From Fonticula alba ATCC 38817 (Eukaryota > Protista > Nucleariida), in the NCBI GenBank assembly GCA_000388065.2, contig KB932204.1: a stretch of DNA of 6,203 bases; one strand, given 5' to 3'. This document shows, one piece after another, positions 1 to 6,125 of this stretch; the stretch's first letter is position 1; the number at the start of each line of letters is the position of its first letter. Under the pieces are notes generated by a model. That model saw nothing but the letters and a program-made list of their open reading frames with translations. It did not search any database and was not told where the DNA came from. Position numbers and translations under genes: made by a program.

Positions 1-333
1 GGGGGAGGGGGGCACCGGACCGGCGGGGGAAGGCCGATGCAAAAAAAATAAGCCACCGCTCTCGGCCGAAATGGGGCGGGCCATTGGCCGCGGGACGTGC
101 GTCGACGATTTTCCCGGGGCACCAAAGCGGCCGGGGCGCTTGGCCGCCGGCCGGCCTCGGGACCCCGGCCCGACCGCGGCTGCGGGTGCCGGGCCGAGAG
201 TTGGCAGTCGAGTCCAAAGCTCCCCGAAACCCCAGGTGCTCCTCTTCCATGACAGGGGCCGTGCATCGGCGGTGGCGGCGGGAGGGACGGCAACAAAGGC
301 AGAGGTGTGGCCGGTTTTGAAAAGGGCCAGTTT

Positions 334-334
<1 letters not shown>

Positions 335-396
<62 letters not shown>
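335..396. repeat. 62-nt poly-G run, followed by G-rich degenerate sequence to about 556 (probable sequencing or assembly artefact)
   Basis: Counted directly in the sequence. It produces the spurious poly-Gly and poly-Pro ORFs. Confidence 0.9.
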
Positions 397-398
<2 letters not shown>

Positions 399-1255
399 TT
401 TGGGGCCGGGGGGGGGCCCTGGGGCGGGGGGGGGGGGGGGGGGGTGGGGGGGGGTCGCGGGTGGGGGTGGAGGGGCGGTGTGGCGGGCGTGTGGTGTTGT
501 TGGTGGTGGGGTGGGTGGTGGCGGGTCGGGGGGAGAGCGGTATTTTTGAGATGTCTTCGGGGGGGGGGGTCCTTGGCAGCGTGATCTCTCAGGAGAGGGT
601 ATGGCATTCACCCACAATCACATACCGACGAAAGCAACTGTCTCTCTCCCCACAACAGCACGGGTGGCGGGGCGGGTGCTCGCCGGCACTGGCCACCGCT
701 TCCCCCCCCCTCCCGTATGTACCCCGTGCAACTGCCCCGGGGAGGCCATGCTTCCCGGGGGCGCCACATACCATCGAGTGCCTGCGGGGGGACACCTACG
801 TAGACGGTGCCCCTCGGGATGTCTTCCTGTTGAGGGAAGATCGACGCCACCGGGACAGAGGGCCACCGCCTGGTGCCGGTGTTTGTGGCATTTCGGTTGA
901 GGACGCGCGGCGGCATGGCTCGCCCCCTGCGGGGTGCGGGCAGCATCAGCAGATGCGCCGGAAGAGCGCATAGATTTCCCCGTTCCCGGCTCTGCCAGCC
1001 CCTGGAGGCCGGGGGGCCCACCTTGCGGGCTATAAAAGGGTCTACCCCCTGATGACGGCCATCGAGCTGCCAACAGCCGTCATGCCACTGTTGCATGTCC
1101 CTTTATTTGTCCATCCTCCTCCGCGCTGGTGCCCACGCGCCTCTCTTTGCTGCCTCCTCACGCCTCCGCCGCCGGGATTGTCGCTCCCTTTCCGCCTCGC
1201 GCCCCAGGCCTCGCGCTCGGTCCTGCCCCCCCCCCCCCTCCCCCTCCCACACCAG

Positions 1256-1406
1256 TCAGCTGGCATCCATCACTCCTCGTACGTTCGTCGGATACGCAGC
1301 CCCGCTTCCACAGAGCGAGGCTCCTGCCACGGGAGTGTTGTGCCCGGAAGAGCGTCTCTCCTTCCTGCGAATCAACATAGACCCTCCCTTTCCGGGGCCG
1401 TGCTGA
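1256..1406 (+). CDS. Possible terminal exon of an unidentified gene (QLASITPRTFVGYAAPLPQ...RINIDPPFPGPC*)
   Basis: A long pyrimidine-rich stretch (about 1097-1255) ends in CAG, then an open frame of mixed composition runs to TGA. I recognise no family. Confidence 0.22.
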
Positions 1407-1611
1407 AGATAGCCCCCCCTCGACAAGTGCAGGCAAGAAAATCGGCAACCCACTGATCTGACCTTCCTGATGCCGACCGGACCAACACTCCCCAACCTAG
1501 ACCTCCTGTCTCGACTACCACAAGTCCCCTCGTGCACGATGTGCGTCCATGACAAGAGAGCGAGAGGAGAGCGCGGGATGGGCATGTGGACGGGGCAAAA
1601 AAAAAAAAAAA

Positions 1612-1621
1612 NNNNNNNNNN
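1612..1621. other. 10-N assembly gap, preceded by A15 (1597-1611)
   Basis: N run in the sequence. Confidence 1.
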
Positions 1622-1874
1622 TAGCTGCTGTTGCCGCCGGAATAGCTGCTGTTGCCACCAGAGTAGTTGCCGCCAGTGGAGCCGACATCACCGGAGTAGG
1701 ACCGGTTGTCGGAAGCCGAGGCGCTGGATGCGCCGAAGGGATCCTGAGAGCTAGGCCGAGACTGGGCCAGGGAGGAGGATGAGCTCCGAGAGGCACGTCC
1801 ACGTCCAGAAGCCGGAACCGCGTCGTTCAACCAGGAATCCCCCTGATCCCAGTTGTTCCAGGCATCATCGGTGG
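1622..1874 (-). CDS. ARFGAP1: ArfGAP1/Gcs1 exon 6, 5' part (TTDDAWNNWDQGDSWLNDAV...GGNYSGGNSSYSGGNSS), continues at 4718
   Basis: The acceptor is CAG (1877-1875) and the frame is open to the N gap. The terminal 35 nt (1622-1656) are identical to 4684-4718. Confidence 0.82.
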
Positions 1875-1978
1875 CTGATCCGGCAAGCGAAAGGGGCAGG
1901 GGAAGGAGGGGGGCAGGACAATGACAAAGATGAGTGGGAGGCCAAGAGACCAGGGATATCCGACGTGGAGGAGCGCAC

Positions 1979-2174
1979 TGGATTGCTGGGAAGCCCGACC
2001 CTGCGAGGCAGACCCCGAGGAGAAGGGCGACACTGAGGAGGCCGCCGGAGCGGGAGCCAGACCGCCACCGGAGGAGGTCTTGCTACGCGGCTTGTCAGAC
2101 GAGGAGGAGGAGTTGCGCGAGGCAGCGGGGGCGGCCTCCACCTTCGGGGTCTCGCCACGACAGAGAGCATCAAG
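1979..2174 (-). CDS. ARFGAP1: ArfGAP1/Gcs1 exon 5 (LDALCRGETPKVEAAP...RASQQS), end of GAP domain and Ser-rich linker
   Basis: The acceptor is AAG (2177-2175). The join YKAH|LDALCRGE resembles the last helix of the GAP domain. The phase-1 GTGCGC donor (1978) matches the phase of exon 6. Confidence 0.85.
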
Positions 2175-2285
2175 CTTTGATAAGTGGAGAGGGGAGGAGT
2201 GGGACGGCGGGGCGGGGGGGCAAGATGGCGGGTCAATAAGTACCGAGAGGCTGGGGAGGGCGATTGGGAGGGGCAATTAACATAC

Positions 2286-2399
2286 ATGGGCCTTGTAGCG
2301 AGTGAAGGCAGCAGCGTGGTACTTTCGGGAGATGGGCAGACTGCTGTTGTAGTCGCTCTGCTGCTCGAGGAAGGCACTGGCGACCGCATTGCCACCGAG
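2286..2399 (-). CDS. ARFGAP1: ArfGAP1/Gcs1 exon 4 (LGGNAVASAFLEQQSDYNSSLPISRKYHAAAFTRYKAH)
   Basis: Splicing gives MK|LGGN and the downstream KY motif typical of ArfGAP domains. The acceptor is TAG (2402-2400) and the donor is GTATGT (2285). Length is 38 whole codons. Confidence 0.94.
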
Positions 2400-2491
2400 C
2401 TATATCGGGGGGAAAAGAGGGGGGGGGGTGAGTATGAAGAGGGAAAAGGGAGAAGGAGGAAGGGCCCGAGTCGGAGGGACAAGAGACACAC

Positions 2492-2549
2492 CTTCATGCG
2501 GGTCAGCTGCTCCGGACGCCAGGAGTCCATCTGGACAGAGCGCACGAAA
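2492..2549 (-). CDS. ARFGAP1: ArfGAP1/Gcs1 exon 3, complete copy ((S)FVRSVQMDSWRPEQLTRMK)
   Basis: It matches the ArfGAP motif SFVRSVxMDxW...MK. The acceptor is TAG (2552-2550) and the donor is a phase-0 GTGTGT (2491). Length is 58 nt = 1 + 19 codons. Confidence 0.95.
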
Positions 2550-2567
2550 CTATGGGTTGAGGCGCGA

Positions 2568-2569
<2 letters not shown>

Positions 2570-2635
<66 letters not shown>
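2570..2635. repeat. 66-nt poly-G run forming a chimeric junction
   Basis: It joins ArfGAP intron 2 sequence to an intron of the ACT-domain gene. The alternative continuation of the left flank is seen at 5627 onward. Confidence 0.9.
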
Positions 2636-2702
2636 CTCCTTTTCCCCGACTTTCCAGGGAGCCTCGATGTTTGACTTACACCGCTGGCACCGCCCCAACC
2701 AG

Positions 2703-2851
2703 AGGAGGTTGGCATTGTCAAGGAGTACACCGAGGCCCTGGCCACCGCACGAGTACCGATCTTCTACATGTCCACCTACCTGACGGACTACATTTTGGTC
2801 CACTCAACAGACCTTCGCCGGGCCCTGGAGGCCATCGACTCGCTCAGCTAG
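2703..2851 (+). CDS. Terminal exon of a CASTOR/GATS-like ACT-domain (ACT_7) protein ((x)EVGIVKEYTEALATARVPIFYMSTYLTDYILVHSTDLRRALEAIDSLS*)
   Basis: Hand translation shows the ACT_7 pattern GIV...L...(I/V)xIF.(I/M)STY.TD.ILV. The acceptor is CAG (2700-2702), with a TTGAC branch-like site at 2671-2675 and TAG at 2849-2851. Upstream exons are absent because the fragment begins at a G run. The ORF track does not list it. Confidence 0.85.
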
Positions 2852-3113
2852 CGACCGGCCCGGGCCGGGGCGTGCTGCTGTTGGCCACCTCCTTTCCTGA
2901 CGTCCCGTTGCCCATCCCCTCCTTCAGGACCAAGAAGGGCCTCCCCCGACAAATGGACATGCGTTGTGGGGCGGTAAATGGCGCTTGCTTCTTCTCTTCT
3001 TTTTTTTTTCGCTTGGGCATGTGCACACATGCGCTGTTCTATTCCGGGAAGGAGGGAGGATCGCCACCAAGAGCGAGAGCACCCCCAGAGCAAATCGGGA
3101 GGGGAAAATCGGG

Positions 3114-3134
3114 GAGAGAGAGAGAGAGAGAGAG
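3114..3134. repeat. (GA)10 microsatellite between the two convergent stop codons
   Basis: Read directly. Confidence 0.95.
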
Positions 3135-3243
3135 GTGGGAGAAGAGCGAGGGAGCCAACGACATCGAGTCGAAGCGAAACGGTGTGCGCCGAGCAAACAC
3201 CCCCCCCCCCCCCCTCCCTCCCACCCACTCGTGGTCGAGCCCC

Positions 3244-3789
3244 CTACCAGTTCCAGTCATCCGGGTCATTGGATGCTGCCTGGGCAGTGTCAAACGGGCT
3301 GGAGGAGGAAGTGGGCGCCTGACTGATGGAAGGGGCACTGGTGGTGGCGGTGGTGGGAGTGGTGGCAGCCGGCTTCAGGCGCGACGTCGATCGGGAAGTG
3401 GTTGGCCGGTTGGTAACGACATCCTGCGGATCCCAATCGGAGCCCCAGTCGTCGAAGCCATCCGAGGAGGCAGCAGTGCTCGGGGTGGCCTGCGCAAAGG
3501 GACTGATGCCAGACGACCGATAGGGCTGCTGGCCGGAGGAGGAGGAGGAGGCGCTCGGGGCGGCCTGCCCACCGAAAGAGGAGGTGCTTGGGGTGGAGGG
3601 CAGTGAGCTGCGGCCTGCCCCCGAGTGGGGCCCAGCCGCGGAAGAAGAGGAAAAGTTCGAGGAGGAGTGGCTCGCGGCGTCACCGCCATAATTACCGCCA
3701 TAGCCACCGGCACTGTTGCCGTTGTTGTTGCCGAACTCCGAAGAGCCGAACCCGGAGGACGACGAGGCACTACCGTGGCCACCGGAGTA

Positions 3790-3821
<32 letters not shown>

Positions 3822-4023
3822 ATGCAGCCATGCCACCGCCGTAGCCGGAATAGCGGCCACCACCACCCCCGTGGTTGCCACCGCTGCCAGCACCATGGTA
3901 GCCGGAATCAGAGCCATAGCCGGAGTTGCCCCAGATGTAGTTGCTGATGCCCTGCTCTTGGACGAAGTTGGTGGTCGGCTCGATGACGTTCTCACGGAGG
4001 GACTTCCCGAGGAAGGCAAGGCC
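3244..4023 (-). CDS. ARFGAP1: ArfGAP1/Gcs1 exon 8, terminal (GLAFLGKSLRENVIEPTTNFVQE...NDPDDWNW*)
   Basis: LGKSLRENVIEP resembles human ARFGAP1 LGHSLNENVLKP. The frame is open for 260 codons to TAG (3246-3244) and ends in an acidic di-Trp motif. The acceptor AAG (4026-4024) is the first AG in the intron. An extra hidden intron in the low-complexity part is not excluded. Confidence 0.87.
3791..3820 (-). repeat. (CCG)10 trinucleotide repeat encoding poly-Gly in ArfGAP exon 8
   Basis: It translates on the minus strand as ASGGGGGGGGGGYS. Confidence 0.95.
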
Positions 4024-4037
4024 CTTTTTTCCGAGAC

Positions 4038-4053
4038 AGAGAGAGAGAGAGAG
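4038..4053. repeat. (AG)8 tract, read as (CT)n polypyrimidine tract of ArfGAP intron 7
   Basis: It lies just upstream of the exon 8 acceptor on the minus strand. Confidence 0.9.
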
Positions 4054-4158
4054 CAGAGCAGGGCAAGAAAAGAACAAGGAAGAAGCAAGGAGTCAGTCCG
4101 GATCCGAGAGCAGGGGTAATGCGCCGAGGACGATGGGAAGGCAAAGAGGCAAACGCAC

Positions 4159-4315
4159 ACGCGAGATGGAGTCAACCGCATCGTCGAGCAGCTCGCCAGT
4201 AGTCCCACCAACGTAGGAGCCCCCGTAGCCACCGGAAGAGGAACCACCAGTGTTGTTCGAGAAGGCAGGGTTGCCGAAGCCAGCATACCGGCCACCCTGA
4301 CTAGGAGGCACATTC
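4159..4315 (-). CDS. ARFGAP1: ArfGAP1/Gcs1 exon 7 (NVPPSQGGRYAGFGNPAFS...GELLDDAVDSISR)
   Basis: PPSQGGRYAGFGN is the conserved Gcs1/ArfGAP1 motif (yeast PPSQGGKYQGFG, human RYVGFGN). The acceptor is CAG (4318-4316) and the donor is a phase-0 GTGCGT (4158). Confidence 0.93.
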
Positions 4316-4430
4316 CTGCCGGTGATTGTGGAGCGGCAAGAGGGAAAAGAGAGACAAGGAGAGGCAAGGGGAGGCAAGGGGGGAGGGGGGAGAGGGGGGG
4401 AGAGAGAGGGAGAGAGAGGGAGAGGGGGGA

Positions 4431-4488
4431 GCACACACACACGCACGCACACACACGGGTGCGTGGGAGAGAGAGAGAGAGAGAGAGA
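4431..4488. repeat. Compound imperfect (CA)n plus (GA)11 microsatellite in ArfGAP intron 6
   Basis: Read directly, inside intron 4316-4608. Confidence 0.9.
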
Positions 4489-4608
4489 AGGAGAAGGAGG
4501 TAAGGACATGAACACGAGGAAGGGTAAACCGGGGTCGGGCGAGCTGAACATGAAATGAGGCAAGAAAGGGGGACAAAGGAGGAAGGGGGAAAACAGAGGA
4601 GAGCGTAC

Positions 4609-4718
4609 TCGGGCCGAGAGGAGTTTGCAGCACCCATACGCTCGAAGTAGGCAACATTTCCGCCGCCGCCGCCGCCGCCGGAGTAGCTGCTGTTGCCGCC
4701 GGAATAGCTGCTGTTGCC
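4609..4718 (-). CDS. ARFGAP1: ArfGAP1/Gcs1 exon 6, 3' part (GNSSYSGGNSSYSGGGGGGGNVAYFERMGAANSSRP)
   Basis: YFERMGAANSSRP(E) resembles the YF...N.SRP stretch that precedes PPSQGG in Gcs1-type proteins. The donor is a phase-2 GTACGC (4608). Joined exon 6 is 328 nt = 2 + 108 codons + 2. Confidence 0.88.
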
Positions 4719-4728
4719 NNNNNNNNNN
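4719..4728. other. 10-N assembly gap
   Basis: N run in the sequence. Confidence 1.
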
Positions 4729-4825
4729 TGACGGCCTGCTGCCGATATATCATCTTGAGTAATACGAGTGGCTGTTCTGGGGAAAAAAGACCGGCACCGG
4801 CCCTGCCGGTGCGGTTGCCACACCG

Positions 4826-4826
<1 letters not shown>

Positions 4827-4862
<36 letters not shown>

Positions 4863-4906
4863 CAGCACATGCACATGCACATGCACATGCACATGCACAT
4901 GCACAT
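4827..4906. repeat. Compound (CA)17 plus (GCACAT)7 microsatellite
   Basis: (CA)17 at 4827-4860 and seven GCACAT units at 4865-4906. Confidence 0.95.
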
Positions 4907-5579
4907 GTACAGCCACGGGTCGGGTCTTTTTCACACCTGCGCGAGAGAGCTTTGGAGAGATAGGCAGAACGCGGTGCCCCTAAGGGGCGAGGGGAACCTG
5001 GGGAAAGGAGTATAGCCGTGTGGGGTCATTGGCCCTGCAAGGAAATATCCAGCCCGGATCCCTCCATTTGGGGCACCAGGAAGGTGGATGCGAGGACGAA
5101 TGTGAGCCGGCATAAGGTTGTCGGAGTGACACAGCTCGGTTGCCCACCAACTCCACGCCGGGGAAATGGAGCAACTTTCGGCTCGCAGGCGGCCACATCC
5201 ACGCGCAAGCTCTTCAGACCCGGTGTCGGGGGGGGGGGGGGCCGATCGAGAAGACGAGCAGGCGAGGGACTCAAGAGCGCGGAGTGTTCCCGCCCGGGCG
5301 CTCCCGTGAGCGGCCCCGGCCCAAGGGACGCCAGGCCCACCATGTCCAACCAGGCGAAAGGGCAGGCAACGCCCGGTAGTGAGGACGACGCAGCAAGGAG
5401 GACAGCCCCGGCTGCCGGGCGTCTCCTCGGGGGGTGGGGAGGGAGGCGGCGGGGGGGGGGGGGGGGGGGGGGCCCCCTTTGGGGGGGGCGGCGGAGCCGG
5501 GGCGCGGGGAGACGGGGGGGGGGGAGGGGTTTTTGTGAGGGGGTGTCGGGGGGGGGGGTCCTTGGCAGCGTGATCTCTC

Positions 5580-5589
5580 NNNNNNNNNN
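5580..5589. other. 10-N assembly gap
   Basis: N run in the sequence. Confidence 1.
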
Positions 5590-5610
5590 ATCTGGACAGA
5601 GCGCACGAAA
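5590..5610 (-). CDS. ARFGAP1: ArfGAP1/Gcs1 exon 3, 5' part, cut by the N gap (second copy of 2529-2549)
   Basis: The TAG acceptor is at 5613-5611. AG from exon 2 plus T gives Ser, then FVRSVQ. The sequence is identical to 2529-2549. Confidence 0.9.
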
Positions 5611-5653
5611 CTATGGGTTGAGGCGCAGGGGTGGGGGGGGGGGGGGCGGGTGA

Positions 5654-5673
5654 GTGTGTGTGTGTGTGTGTGT
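5654..5673. repeat. (GT)10 microsatellite in ArfGAP intron 2
   Basis: Read directly. Confidence 0.93.
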
Positions 5674-5790
5674 AGGGATATCGGAGGGGGATGAGAGAGA
5701 GAGGGAAAGAGAGGGAGCGAGGGGCAAAGAGAGCACACAATCGGAGTTACGTGGAAAAGGGCGGGGCAAAGACACGGGTTATGCACGAAC

Positions 5791-5900
5791 CTGATATGCA
5801 CACCGAGGCCTCGATGTTGGCCGGAGCAGTCAAGGCAGAAATAGATGGCATAGGTCAGGGAGGCCCACTGAGGCGAGGGGTTGCCACAGTCGAAGCAGTT
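5791..5900 (-). CDS. ARFGAP1: ArfGAP1/Gcs1 exon 2, zinc finger and catalytic Arg ([36 protein letters not shown])
   Basis: Hand translation gives the exact ArfGAP signature CxxC-x16-CxxC-x4-R, with the Arg codon at 5813-5811, followed by GLGVHI. The acceptor is TTAG (5904-5901) and the donor is a phase-2 GTTCGT (5790). Confidence 0.97.
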
Positions 5901-6062
5901 CTAAGATCACGCATGTCCATAGGGCCGTATCGATAGGTGGGAGAGAGAGAGAGAGGGAGGGAGGGGGGAGGCGAAAAGAGGGCGCGCCAGGAGAGAATCG
6001 GAGAGTGTCAGCGGACAGAAAGTCGATCGGGATCAACCTGGACGGGATCCATACACGCGCAC

Positions 6063-6119
6063 CTGGTTGCCACCCTGCTTCTGCAATTGGCTGAAGGTAC
6101 GGCGGGTCTCCGGATCCAT
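6063..6119 (-). CDS. ARFGAP1: ArfGAP1/Gcs1-type ADP-ribosylation factor GAP, exon 1 (MDPETRRTFSQLQKQGGNQ)
   Basis: The ATG at 6119 sits in a GCCACCATGG context. The 19 codons resemble the ArfGAP1 N-terminus preceding the zinc finger. The exon ends at a phase-0 GTGCGC donor (6062) and splices in frame to exon 2. Confidence 0.88.
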
Positions 6120-6125
6120 GGTGGC
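6117..6125 (-). promoter_or_regulatory. Kozak-type initiation context GCCACCATG(G)
   Basis: Exact match to the canonical Kozak consensus at the ArfGAP start codon. Confidence 0.75.

Noticed and set aside
73-87. GC-box (GGGGCGGG) and reverse CCAAT (ATTGG) suggesting a promoter
   Set aside because: These motifs are expected by chance at this GC content, and no linked gene is visible before the G run.
335-396. G62 and G66 runs as biological G-quadruplex elements
   Set aside because: Short G runs are probably genuine in this genome, but these lengths at fragment junctions are typical of short-read homopolymer errors or collapse.
71-973. 300-aa ORF, plus overlapping ORF 307-549, with long poly-Gly
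   Set aside because: These read through an artefactual G run and degenerate G-rich sequence that join unrelated fragments.
1031-1038. Perfect TATAAAAG box
   Set aside because: It lies inside an open frame with no identifiable downstream start architecture, and a single 8-mer is not enough evidence.
1597-1611. A15 as an mRNA or retrocopy poly(A) tail
   Set aside because: There is no clear polyadenylation signal or target-site duplication, and the DNA contains introns. A homopolymer at a contig end is enough to explain it.
1622-1680. Short direct repeats as a CRISPR array or mobile-element ends
   Set aside because: They are in-frame coding repeats of ArfGAP exon 6 with no spacers. No transposase or Cas sequence is present.
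2657-2674. GSLD, resembling the ACT_7 upstream motif, as a possible micro-exon
   Set aside because: An in-frame TGA follows at 2672-2674. Splicing from the only nearby GT (2669) to 2703 gives a frameshift, or a TAG stop in the phase-compatible reading. I treated it as intron.
2389-3606. 405-aa plus-strand ORF
   Set aside because: It crosses the chimeric poly-G junction, is out of frame with the real ACT exon, and is antisense to ArfGAP exons.
3588-4119. Arg-rich and Ala/Val-rich plus-strand ORFs
   Set aside because: They are antisense shadows of the Gly/Ser-rich ArfGAP exon 8.
3375-4934. 519-aa minus-strand ORF with VHVHVH and CVCVCV repeats
   Set aside because: It crosses an N gap and translates microsatellites and introns. 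Only the part at 4609-4718 is in the true ArfGAP frame.
1622-5626. Ciliate-style programmed gene scrambling with pointer repeats, or trans-splicing
   Set aside because: Each shared end abuts a 10-N gap, and all are 34-37 nt long, like assembly overlaps. Breaks fall at a tandem repeat or next to G runs. The code is standard and the GC content high, unlike typical ciliate DNA.
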